Below are positions 19,405 to 28,367 of a DNA stretch of 64,000 nt, piece after piece. Each line of letters begins with the position of its first letter. Position 1 is the stretch's first letter. The DNA is from an uncultured delta proteobacterium (GTDB taxonomy: Bacteria; Myxococcota_A; Polyangia; Polyangiales; Polyangiaceae): the NCBI GenBank assembly GCA_963763505.1, contig CAVXOZ010000009.1, forward strand, positions 463,596 through 527,595, given 5' to 3'. A program made the position numbers and the translations under genes. The notes under the pieces were generated by a model. The model saw only the letters and a list, made by a program, of their open reading frames with translations. It was not told the origin of the DNA and searched no databases.

Positions 19405-19629
19405 GTGCCCGAGCGACGCATCGTGTTCGCATACACGATGACCCTCGGTGACAAGCGCATCTCTGCCTCGCTGGCGACGATAGAATTGCGCACTTCAGAC
19501 AAGGGCACGCACTTGGTCTTCACCGAGCAGGGCGCCTTCTTCGAGGGCGCGGATCGCCCCCAGACGCGCGAAGGTGGCTGGCGCGACCTGCTGTCGAAAC
19601 TGGATCAGGAACTACGCCGATCGGCGTGA
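19405..19629 (+). pseudogene. C-terminal fragment of an SRPBCC/AHSA1 (activator of Hsp90 ATPase homologue)-family gene; the N-terminus is missing
   Basis: IVFAYTMTLGDKRISASLATIELRTSDKGTHLVFTEQGAFFEG...GGWRDLLSKLDQEL resembles the C-half of AHSA1-like proteins that usually follow ArsR genes. The frame is open back to 19204 with no ATG. The expected roughly 70 N-terminal residues are absent. Confidence 0.4.
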
Positions 19630-19977
19630 TCACTGCCATTTGTTGCGTCACGGCGTGATGACGAGTCGGCCGTCCGGGCCGGTGCAGAGGCGGAAACGGG
19701 CAGGTGCAACATGAAGTACCTGTACATGGGGCGAGATCCGAGCTCCGGGGGCAACTACAACACGCTTCCCTGGCGCCTGGGACTCCTGACGAAGACCAAC
19801 TGAGTCGGCAGCGGCTCGTTTCGTGACGTCTGGGTGATGTCTTCGGGTACGGGCGGCGACAAGTTGAAGAGGACTTCACTTGCGACTGGTAGATGCGGTC
19901 GCGGGCGGTACCCTGCGGCGCGCGTGCCCGTCGCCACACATCGGCTCCCCGGGCGCCGGTTCGCGGAGCGATGAGAA

Positions 19978-21147
19978 ATGCCCAAATTGCGACCCGTCAA
20001 CCGTTACTCGTCGTGGTTCGTGCCGGCGTTTGCGATCTTCGCGGTGGCCTGCTCGGCGCACGACCAAGGCGGCGTCGGTTGCGACGTCGGGGGGCTCAAT
20101 GAATGTGGCGTCTGCTGGCCGGCACTGGGCGACCTGGGCGCATCGTGCGTCGCATCGGACGGCTGTTCTGGCACGAAGGTTTGCTCGGCGGATGGCAAGA
20201 CCTCGACCTGCGCGACGTCGAAAGTCGCGAACGCATGCGGCGTGTGCGGGGGAGCGCCGGTCTCAAGCGTCAACACCACGTGCACCACGACGGCGGGCGT
20301 GGCCGGCTTCTCCGTTTGCGACGACATGGGCGACGGAACGGTATGCGCCAGGACCGTCATCACGATGACGTTCGACGACACGTTCTCCGACACACTACAG
20401 GCGCCACCCCTGCTCGAAGCGCATGGATTTCGTGGCACGTTCTTCGTCAACAGCCCGCGCTTCGATCGCGGCACGCACTACATGACCCTTGGTCAGGTGC
20501 TCGACTTGCAGAGTCGGGGGCACGAGATCGGCGGCCATACGCTCGACCACCCTCACCTTCCGACGCTCCTTCCGAATGCGCAGCGGATCGAGATCTGCAA
20601 CGACCGGGCGAGCCTCCTCGCGCAAGGCCTCGACGTGCGGCACTTCGCGTACCCCTTCGGCGAGGCCAATGACGACACCGAGGCCGCGGCGCAGTTCTGC
20701 AATTACGATTCGGCGCGCGGAGTCGGCGACCTGACCGACGCAGACGGAGGGCGCATCGGCGCCGAGAACTACATCCCTCCCGATCCGTTCAAGATCCGCG
20801 CCGACTCGTCGATCATCGACACGAACACCCTCGCGGACCTGCAGGCGCGGGTGCTCACGGGAGAGCAGACCGGAGGCTGGGTCATCATCAACATGCACCA
20901 CATCTGCGCCACGTGCGGTCAGAATGAGGTGACCGTCGAGATCTTCACGGCGTTTCTCGACTGGCTCGAGGAGCACATCCGAGGAACGACCACGTACGTC
21001 CGGAAGGTCCGGCAAATGCTCCCCGGAAGTACGAAGCCGCCCGTGCTCGTGAGCGGCGCCGTGATCCCCGGCGACGCCAGCGATACGACCACGGAGAGCT
21101 TCTCGCTGCACGGCCCGTTCGAAGTCGATACGGATTCGGAGGAGTGA
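19978..21147 (+). CDS. Lipoprotein polysaccharide deacetylase (carbohydrate esterase family 4, NodB homology) with a Cys-rich N-terminal module
   Basis: Signal/lipobox FAIFAVACSA. NodB motifs TFDDTFSDT and HEIGGHTLDHPHL are present. The stop overlaps the start of the next gene (GTGA). Confidence 0.75.
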   Translation: MPKLRPVNRYSSWFVPAFAIFAVACSAHDQGGVGCDVGGLNECGVCWPALGDLGASCVASDGCSGTKVCSADGKTSTCATSKVANACGVCGGAPVSSVNTTCTTTAGVAGFSVCDDMGDGTVCARTVITMTFDDTFSDTLQAPPLLEAHGFRGTFFVNSPRFDRGTHYMTLGQVLDLQSRGHEIGGHTLDHPHLPTLLPNAQRIEICNDRASLLAQGLDVRHFAYPFGEANDDTEAAAQFCNYDSARGVGDLTDADGGRIGAENYIPPDPFKIRADSSIIDTNTLADLQARVLTGEQTGGWVIINMHHICATCGQNEVTVEIFTAFLDWLEEHIRGTTTYVRKVRQMLPGSTKPPVLVSGAVIPGDASDTTTESFSLHGPFEVDTDSEE

Positions 21148-23120
21148 GCGCCGTGTTCCCCACGAACCCTCACGCGCCGCCCGCCCATGGATCGCTGCTG
21201 CACGCGATCGTGCGCGCCGGGTGTCTTTGTGCGGTCGTCTTGGTCGTTTCGCTGTCGGCGTGTGGCCACTTCCCGGTACGCGAGACACCGCAGGTCCCGT
21301 CGGGCAAGGAATCCCTCTACGCATCGCTCAGCAGCGGCACCATCAAGATTGCCGACGAGCTGCTCGCGAACGACTGGGACATCGGCCCGCGCTCGCCCGT
21401 GGCGCACCTGCCCACCCCTCTCTCGTGGACCGAGGATCCGTTCCAGGACCACTACTGGCGGTTCATCTTCTACAGCCTTCGGCCGCTCAGCAATTTGATC
21501 TTTGCGTATTACACGACCCAGAGGACCGAATATCGCGACAAATTGATCCAAATTCTCGAGAGCTATACGGACATCGATTCGGTTCGCGCGCCCGATGCCG
21601 ACACGTTCGACTATAGGCACGCGGCCGCGTTTCGCGCGCTCATGCTCGTCAACTGCTACGGCAAGCTCGTTCGATCGGGCGACATGCCCGCCGACCTCGA
21701 GCCGAAGCTTCGCGTTTCGATCGCGAAGATAGCTGACTTTCTGCTGGCACCCTACAACTTCGAAGCATCCGACAACCACGCTTTCAACGAGGCGGCCGGA
21801 CTGCTCGCCGTCGGGGCCAACTTCCCCGACCTTCCGAACGCACCGGTGTACCTGCAGTCCGCGATAGACCGGCTCGCGTCCGAGATGCAGACGACGGTTG
21901 GTCCTGACGGGGTGGAGATCGAGAATTCGCCGTTTTATCATTTCTACGTACTGTCGGCCGTCATGCAAGACTACGAATGGGCCAGTACGTACCACGAGGC
22001 GCTGCCCGCCGAGTTCGGCGCTCGAGTGAAGGCGATGCTCGAGTACGCGACGCTCATTCCTTTGCCGGACGGGACCTTGCCGCTCCTCGGCTCGACCGTG
22101 ACGTTCGATCTTCGGCAGCTCGACCCGAGAGTCTACACGGAAGACGACATCGACAGCCTCCCGGATGGTCTCACGAGCGATCAGCACTTCGAGTACATTC
22201 GCACCGCGGGCAAGAGCGGCACGGAGCCTACCGAGCGCAACGTCTCGTTCGCGAGCTCCGGACAAGGCATTCTGCGTTCGGCATTCGGGACGCCGGACGT
22301 GTTCGACGCCCAGACACACGTGACGTTCTCCACGAGCCCGTGGCGCAACAACCATACGCACTACGACACTCTCGGAATCAACCTCTACTCCTCGGGTAAC
22401 GTTCTTCTGTCCGATTCCGGCCTCGGTACGTACGTCGCCGGCGCCGAGCACGATTACTTCTGGTCGACGCGCGCGCACAACACCGTCGTCGTGGACGGAC
22501 AGGATCAGGGATCCGATCCTGCCGCGATCGTGACGACCGGGCTCGTTGCGACCGGCGCCGCACCGTACACCTGGGCTTATCAGTCGGGCGCGCACGGCCT
22601 TTACCCTGGGGTCACCCACAAGCGATCGGTCGTTCTTCTCCAGAAGGACCTGGTCCTCGTGGTCGACGCTCTCACGAGCGTTGCGACCCACGACTACGTG
22701 CAGACGTGGCATCTCGGTGCCGGCTTGCGAGCGGATGTCGAGGGCCTGGACGTCGTCGGTCGAACGGCGAGCGGCGAACCGCTCATCCTGGTACATCAGG
22801 CCCTCACGAACGGCCTCGCACTGATGACCAGCTACGGGCAGGACAGCCCGATGCAGGGGTACCTCTCGCTCACGTACGAGAACAAAGTGCCCAACTGGGT
22901 CCTGGAATACAAGGCGACGGCCCAGACCTCCCGTGCCTTCGTGACGCTCCTCGCCTCCGGGCCCTATGCCGCCTCGACCCCGACCGTCACCGGCCTGGCC
23001 GACGGGACCAGCGCAGATGTCACGGTCTGCGCGGGGGACGCCAAGTACGATGTGTCGATCTCGCAGCAGGCGGCCGCCGGTGAAGCGGTCAGCGTCGTGC
23101 CCTCGGCAAGCTGTCCATGA
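21144..23120 (+). CDS. Heparinase II/III-like polysaccharide lyase (alginate-lyase-like N-domain + Hepar_II_III C-domain), lipoprotein
   Basis: GTG start overlaps the CE4 stop. Signal CAVVLVVSLSACG. DHAFNEAAGLLAVGANFPD...IENSPFYHFYVLSAVMQDY and NNHTHYDTLGINLYSSG are typical of the heparinase II/III family. The antisense 625-aa ORF is an artefact. Confidence 0.6.
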   Translation: MSAVFPTNPHAPPAHGSLLHAIVRAGCLCAVVLVVSLSACGHFPVRETPQVPSGKESLYASLSSGTIKIADELLANDWDIGPRSPVAHLPTPLSWTEDPFQDHYWRFIFYSLRPLSNLIFAYYTTQRTEYRDKLIQILESYTDIDSVRAPDADTFDYRHAAAFRALMLVNCYGKLVRSGDMPADLEPKLRVSIAKIADFLLAPYNFEASDNHAFNEAAGLLAVGANFPDLPNAPVYLQSAIDRLASEMQTTVGPDGVEIENSPFYHFYVLSAVMQDYEWASTYHEALPAEFGARVKAMLEYATLIPLPDGTLPLLGSTVTFDLRQLDPRVYTEDDIDSLPDGLTSDQHFEYIRTAGKSGTEPTERNVSFASSGQGILRSAFGTPDVFDAQTHVTFSTSPWRNNHTHYDTLGINLYSSGNVLLSDSGLGTYVAGAEHDYFWSTRAHNTVVVDGQDQGSDPAAIVTTGLVATGAAPYTWAYQSGAHGLYPGVTHKRSVVLLQKDLVLVVDALTSVATHDYVQTWHLGAGLRADVEGLDVVGRTASGEPLILVHQALTNGLALMTSYGQDSPMQGYLSLTYENKVPNWVLEYKATAQTSRAFVTLLASGPYAASTPTVTGLADGTSADVTVCAGDAKYDVSISQQAAAGEAVSVVPSASCP

Positions 23121-23132
23121 CGCGAACCCCGG

Positions 23133-24428
23133 TCAATCCATCGGGCAGACGTCGGCGCTTCCGATGCGCGTGGGGGGTCTCGGGCCGCATTGCACGACAA
23201 CGAGCGGGTGCGGGTGGGGGTGCGCCCGGTACCCAGGCGGCGGCCCGAGCGAGAACTCCGGCGCAACGCCCCTCAGCCCGCGACGCGCATCGACCATTTG
23301 TCCGGGTGGTTCGAGCTGGTTTCCCCAGATCGAGACGGGGCCGCACCGCTGCGTCGTCTCCTCGGTGAGCTCGACCCCGAGGCGATAACCCCGAAGCGTG
23401 TTGTTCCACACCACGCCCGCGCCGCCCCGAATGCGGATGGCCCAGCCGTCGTAAAACGGCAGGCCGTGGTCTGGCTGCTCGATGAGATTGTCGTGCACGT
23501 CGATCCACTCGCCTCCGACCGCCGATCCGAACTCCGCTCCGTGCGCGTCGATGGCGTGTGCCACGACTCCGCTGGTGACGTAGTTGTTGCGGAAAACGTA
23601 GCGACCGCCCTTGTTCGACGCGATGGCATGACGGCAGAGGGAGAACCGTGAGTCCTCGACGACGGTCGCTTCCGGGATCCCACCGGGCGACTGCTGCCCC
23701 AGGGCGACGCCCGTGAGGGCGTTCGTGCCGTAGACGGCCACGCCGTAGCCGTCGGTCCCAATGGCCGGCTTGTACTCCGCGTAGAAGGAGCAATGATCGA
23801 CGACGCCCCGGCTCGTCCCGTTGGTGCGCACCCCGGCGAATCCCATATGAGCGAAGTAGGAATGGTCGACGCGAAAGTCCTGCGCGTCGTCGAGCAGAAC
23901 GCCGACGTCCTTTCCCCTGGAACCTTCGTCGGCGACGCCCTCGAAGCGCAATCCGGAGATCTCGAAACGGCGCGCTCCAATGACACGCACCAGCGGGCGA
24001 TCGCTTGCGCTGGCCGGAGCCGACACGAGGGTGGCGGCCGAGCCGTCTGCCGTCGATCCCAAGTCCATCGAGCCCGCGCCCGCGCCAAGAAGAAGGACAT
24101 CGTCGCTGCGGACGATGATGGGAGCGTCGACCTCGTAGCGGCCGGCCGGCATGACCACGATCGATGCGGGCCCGGCTCGATCGACGGCCTCCTGGATGGC
24201 GCGCGCGGTAGGCTCACGCACCGTCACGACCGCGCGCCAGCGCCGCGGCCCGACGAGGTAGACGGAGCTCGTGGAGGCAGCCGGCCCCGGGATGCCTTCC
24301 GCCGGTGACATCGGCGGGGGAGCCGCGAACGCACTGCGTTCGGTGCCGGTCGCCGGGCGAGTGCAACTCGACATCAGCACGGCTGCGCCCAGCATGCGCG
24401 GCGCGGGGAACGAGCAGGGCACCTTCAC
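23133..24428 (-). CDS. Secreted right-handed parallel beta-helix repeat protein (pectate-lyase fold; candidate polysaccharide lyase or C5-epimerase)
   Basis: Signal MLGAAVLMSSC. Repetitive xGxxVxxNxF/VxxS beta-helix rungs (VDHCSFYAEY, FRNNYVTSGVVAHAIDAHG, DVHDNLIEQ). Its start overlaps the stop of the upstream OMF-like gene (same operon). Confidence 0.55.
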   Translation of the reverse strand: MKVPCSFPAPRMLGAAVLMSSCTRPATGTERSAFAAPPPMSPAEGIPGPAASTSSVYLVGPRRWRAVVTVREPTARAIQEAVDRAGPASIVVMPAGRYEVDAPIIVRSDDVLLLGAGAGSMDLGSTADGSAATLVSAPASASDRPLVRVIGARRFEISGLRFEGVADEGSRGKDVGVLLDDAQDFRVDHSYFAHMGFAGVRTNGTSRGVVDHCSFYAEYKPAIGTDGYGVAVYGTNALTGVALGQQSPGGIPEATVVEDSRFSLCRHAIASNKGGRYVFRNNYVTSGVVAHAIDAHGAEFGSAVGGEWIDVHDNLIEQPDHGLPFYDGWAIRIRGGAGVVWNNTLRGYRLGVELTEETTQRCGPVSIWGNQLEPPGQMVDARRGLRGVAPEFSLGPPPGYRAHPHPHPLVVVQCGPRPPTRIGSADVCPMD

Positions 24429-25675
24429 GGGGACCCTATCGCCGCCGTCAACGCGCGCACATGCGCGGTCAGATAGGCCTCTTCCGAGCGCATCCGGACG
24501 ACATCGAACCAGACGTAGTCGGCATAGTCCGCGGCCCGGGGAGCGTTCAGGTCCAGCATCGTCTTGGTGCGCTGTTCCAGGTCCGAGCGCAGAGCCACGA
24601 CTTGCCGCAAGCGCTCCGCATCGGCGTCGAGCAGAGATCTGAGCTTTTCGATCGCAACGCGCGCCTGGTCGGCCTCACGCTCGGTCTGGGCCGCCGACCA
24701 TTGCGCGCGCGCGGCCGCGGCACGAGCCTCTGGCGGGCCTTGCGCGAGCCAACCGGTGCTCATGGTGATCCCCACCACGCCGAAGAACGGAAACGGCTGG
24801 TCCGTCCCCAGAAAGCGATCGTACCCGCCCTGGATCGTCAACTCGAAAGCGGACAGGCGGCGCAGCTGCGATTCGACCCGTTCGATCTGCGCCTCGGCTC
24901 CGGCTCGAGTGGCTACGAGGCGATCGACATCGGTCAGGGGCAGGGTCGGCAGATGAAGGCCGGCGAGGTGCTCGCGAGCGTCGGCTTGGAGCTCCCGCAG
25001 AGCGTCCATGCGTATCGTCGCCGCGTCGAGATCCTGCATCGTGGCCTGTCCGATCGCCACGTGTTGCTGGATCTTGTCGACGATCGCTTGCGCTTGGGGC
25101 ATTGCTTGCTGGAGTACGTTCAGTTTCGCGGACCACCCCGACGCCGCGAACGAGTCGGCGTCGAGAGTCGCCAGGGCGCGAATCTGCAGGGCCACCCGGT
25201 ACCGCTGGCACTCTGCGCTGGCGTAGCTCGAGGCGAGCGCACCGCGGTAGAAATTGGTGGGACTGAAGCCAGCGCCCGCGAGCACGCGAGGGTAGGCGGT
25301 CGGCGTTGCGATGTCGGCCGCCGATACACCACCCAGCGTATGGACCGGAATGACGCCTGCCTCGGCGAAGAGCCATGGCGACTTGTCGATCGCGCTCTCC
25401 GACGCCGCGGCCGCGCCGATGAACTCACAATACGCTCGCGACTCGGCTTCCAGCTGCTTCGGCGTCGAGGCTCCCGCCTCCGGTGTGTCGATCGGTCCGA
25501 TCGCCGCGGACGTCCCGAACGAAGACGATCCGGCCCGTGGCGTGGGCTGCGCTGCAGCCGTCGTCGCGACCGCAACCAGGGTCGCGCCGCTGGCCGCAGC
25601 CACCGCGCGCGCGACGACGGCGCGCACGACCCGAAGGCGGCTCCCTCGCAAGCATCCCGGCAGTGACGTCTGCAT
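24425..25675 (-). CDS. Outer-membrane factor-like protein (TolC/OEP family candidate) of a tripartite exporter
   Basis: 416 aa with a signal peptide. Ala/Leu/Gln-rich heptad segments in two halves. The position directly downstream of the HlyD-like gene fits an OMF. No strict motif verified. Confidence 0.4.
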   Translation of the reverse strand: MQTSLPGCLRGSRLRVVRAVVARAVAAASGATLVAVATTAAAQPTPRAGSSSFGTSAAIGPIDTPEAGASTPKQLEAESRAYCEFIGAAAASESAIDKSPWLFAEAGVIPVHTLGGVSAADIATPTAYPRVLAGAGFSPTNFYRGALASSYASAECQRYRVALQIRALATLDADSFAASGWSAKLNVLQQAMPQAQAIVDKIQQHVAIGQATMQDLDAATIRMDALRELQADAREHLAGLHLPTLPLTDVDRLVATRAGAEAQIERVESQLRRLSAFELTIQGGYDRFLGTDQPFPFFGVVGITMSTGWLAQGPPEARAAAARAQWSAAQTEREADQARVAIEKLRSLLDADAERLRQVVALRSDLEQRTKTMLDLNAPRAADYADYVWFDVVRMRSEEAYLTAHVRALTAAIGSP

Positions 25676-25685
25676 TCGGCTCGTC

Positions 25686-26816
25686 CTACAAGAGCAGGGG
25701 TTTTCGTTTCACATGCAGAACGGGTTGCTGCGCCCAGCTCACTTCGCCGAGCTGGAGTTGAACGAGCTCTCCACGCAGCTCGCGCTCGAAGACCGGGTGC
25801 TTTTGCAGAATTTCGCCGTCGAGGAGGGCGACCACCACACCGATTCGAGAGCATCCAAGAACGCCGAGCAGGCGGCACCCATACACCGGGGTTCCAGGGT
25901 GGACTCCGTCGAGGTTCTCGTACGGCGCAAACGCGACCGTCAGGTTCTCCGTGGCTGCCTTGAGAAGCGGCTGGTTTTCGATGGCCGTCAGCATCCGGTC
26001 GTACTGCGCGACCACGGCTTGGTTCGATCGAATGCTCTCCGCGAGCGCGCCTTTCAAGTCGGTGGCGCGCGCCTCGGACACGACGGATTGCAGGTAGTCC
26101 TCCTGCAAGCGAACCAGTTCGGGGCTACCGGCCGTCGCCCCGCCCTTGCCCCCGAGCATCGCCTCGACTCCGGACAGGCTCACGAGCTGGTGCCGTAGCG
26201 CGGCCACGTGCGTCTGAAGCTCGACGCCCTTTTCCTCGAAGCCGTAGTTGTTGCTGGCCATCTCGGCGAACAGATGCTTCGTCGTGAGCATGGTGTCGTT
26301 GTCGATCATGTGCGCGTCGAACAGCTGCTGCACACGTTCGAGCGACAGCTGGGCGAAGGCTTCGTTGGCGGGGCGAATCTGGTCGCTCGCTCGGTCGCGC
26401 TCGCCGTTCAGCGAGTCGAGCGCGTGCAGCTGGTCGCGTACGGCGCCCATCTCGGAGCCAAGGGCCTTCTTCAGCGCAATCTGAAAGGCCCTCTCGCCGT
26501 CGATGGTGCGCTCGGCATCTGCGAGGCGGGCCTTGAGCTCCGCGGCCTGTCCAGCCACGACTTCGCGCCGCGACGATTCCTCCGCGTGACGAGAGCTCAG
26601 GTCCTGCACACGCGGGTCCGCCGCCGTGATGATCATCGGCGCGACCCAGGCTCGGTGTACGAAGTAAAATGCGCACTGCCCGAGGTAGAGCCCCAGGCCG
26701 AGGAGAATCGCGAACAGAATCGCCAAGCCCAGGAATTTGTACGCCGACACGATGACCCGGTTCAGCGGGATCGCGGAGAACGGCGACGGACGGAAGGGCG
26801 TGGTGCGAGCCGTCAT
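25686..26816 (-). CDS. HlyD-family membrane-fusion (periplasmic adaptor) protein
   Basis: Start MTARTTPFRP at 26816 overlaps the GT2 stop (ATGA). One N-terminal TM helix (VIVSAYKFLGLAILFAILLGLGLYL), a long coiled coil and a C-terminal beta domain. The upstream 138 codons of the ORF-track entry are non-coding overlap. Confidence 0.55.
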   Translation of the reverse strand: MTARTTPFRPSPFSAIPLNRVIVSAYKFLGLAILFAILLGLGLYLGQCAFYFVHRAWVAPMIITAADPRVQDLSSRHAEESSRREVVAGQAAELKARLADAERTIDGERAFQIALKKALGSEMGAVRDQLHALDSLNGERDRASDQIRPANEAFAQLSLERVQQLFDAHMIDNDTMLTTKHLFAEMASNNYGFEEKGVELQTHVAALRHQLVSLSGVEAMLGGKGGATAGSPELVRLQEDYLQSVVSEARATDLKGALAESIRSNQAVVAQYDRMLTAIENQPLLKAATENLTVAFAPYENLDGVHPGTPVYGCRLLGVLGCSRIGVVVALLDGEILQKHPVFERELRGELVQLQLGEVSWAQQPVLHVKRKPLLL

Positions 26817-28045
26817 GGGGAGGTTGATCCTGCGAGAACACCGGCGGACGCGGCGTCGGGCCCCGACGGGGGCGTGTGCCCCCGAGTTTCCCAGCTCGAC
26901 GAGTCGAGCGTGAAGAGCGCGAGCGGCGTGTAGAGCACGTAGGTCACCGGCATGATGATGCCGAGCGAGAGAAACCATAGAGGGTGGACGCGCTGCGATT
27001 CGGGCTGATCCCGGACATCGAAGTGATACAGGGTGCCGAGCAGCGCCAGCGTGGCGAAGTGAAAAATGGCGAGTTCGAAGAACGTCCCGCGGACGAGATT
27101 GCTGAACACGACGACTGGATACGACAGGAGCATCGCGAACATCGAGACGTAGTGCAACGTGATGAGTGGATGCCGCTTCCAGATGTGGGTGGCACCGACC
27201 AGGAAGTCGACGATGTTCGACCGACGCCACCGGAGCTGCTGGGAAAAGTACTTGGCGATCGTGTCGGGGGCCTTCGTCCAGCAGATCGCGGCGAGCGTGC
27301 TGCCGGTCCTGTAGCCGGCCTTCACGATCTGATTGGTCAAAAAGCGGTCCTCGCCGTACTTGATGGGCACCCCGAACATCTCGCGTTTCTCGAGAATCGG
27401 CTCGAGCTCGACGAGCACGGAGCGCCTATACGCGGTGAGGCAGCCCGATAGACACATGACCGTGCCGAACGCGCGCTCGATGTTCTTGAGATACTCGTAC
27501 CCGAAGTGGTACTTGATCGCCTGCATCCGGGTGAGCCAGTTCTGGTTGGCGTTCGACACGTTGACGCGACCGCCCACGGCGGCGATCGCGGGCTCCACGA
27601 AGCGTGCGACGAGCTGGCGAATGGCGTCGGAGTTCACGACGGTGTCCGAGTCGACCGAAACGATCAGCTCGGACGTCGCGAGCCTCACCGCGTGGTTGAT
27701 CCCGCGGCGCTTCCCCATGTTGTACGGGTTGCGAAGAACGGTCACCTGCTCCGGCCACCGTTTGGCCGCTCCGAGCGCCCACGTGTAGCTGTCGTCCTTC
27801 GAGCAGTCGTCGACGACGGTGACCTTCAGCTTGTCGAGGGGATATTCTTGCGTGAGCAAGCTCTCGATGGTGTCGACGATCGAGCGGCCCTCGTTGTACA
27901 TCGGGATGACGACCGTCACGGTGGGCTCGTAGCCGGCCACCGTCCTGTCCCAGCGCGATCCGCTGGCTCGCCGGAGGAACATCCCGAGGAAGTACCGATT
28001 GATGAAGACCAGAAGAACGATCAGCGCAATCGGAAAGAGCAGCAT
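26813..28045 (-). CDS. Processive family-2 glycosyltransferase, NodC/hyaluronan-synthase/chitin-synthase-like (QxxRW)
   Basis: Start MLLFPIALIVLLVFINRYF at 28045. Motifs VVIPMYNE, DDCSKDDS, VDSDT, GCLTAYRR and QQLRWRRS with flanking TM helices. This is the hallmark of processive beta-glycosyl polymerases. Confidence 0.8.
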   Translation of the reverse strand: MLLFPIALIVLLVFINRYFLGMFLRRASGSRWDRTVAGYEPTVTVVIPMYNEGRSIVDTIESLLTQEYPLDKLKVTVVDDCSKDDSYTWALGAAKRWPEQVTVLRNPYNMGKRRGINHAVRLATSELIVSVDSDTVVNSDAIRQLVARFVEPAIAAVGGRVNVSNANQNWLTRMQAIKYHFGYEYLKNIERAFGTVMCLSGCLTAYRRSVLVELEPILEKREMFGVPIKYGEDRFLTNQIVKAGYRTGSTLAAICWTKAPDTIAKYFSQQLRWRRSNIVDFLVGATHIWKRHPLITLHYVSMFAMLLSYPVVVFSNLVRGTFFELAIFHFATLALLGTLYHFDVRDQPESQRVHPLWFLSLGIIMPVTYVLYTPLALFTLDSSSWETRGHTPPSGPDAASAGVLAGSTSP

Positions 28046-28367
28046 ATCAAAAACGCCTCGGCAAACTGCGTAACATCCCTCGGGGAACCCCGTACGTGTG
28101 AAGACTGAGGAGGCTCCTCCCAAATGGGTGCGCGAAGGCCGCGCAGCGCCGCGAGGTGCATAAGCGAACTTGACGGGCGGCAAGCTAGCGGGGAGAGCGG
28201 TCCGAACAAGCAAAGTTACTGTGTCGTCTGTGCTACTGGGGGAAGTCGGCGCGGCAGGGCCGTGCGGATCCGGTGCCGCGCGCCGACCCAAATGACCCGC
28301 ACAAGTTGCACGGTCGACAAGACGAGCGGCGCGCAGGTGGTAAGGAGCGGGGCTGGAGCGCATCCCC
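28046..28367. promoter_or_regulatory. Divergent promoter region between the GT2 synthase operon (-) and the UDP-sugar dehydrogenase (+)
   Basis: 322-bp non-coding gap between two divergently oriented starts. Inference only; no consensus promoter identified. Confidence 0.4.

Noticed and set aside
25686-27230. Full 514-aa ORF as the HlyD-like protein
   Set aside because: The first 138 codons overlap the GT2 gene in another frame and are Arg/His-rich. MTARTTPF at 26816 overlapping the GT2 stop is the likely start.
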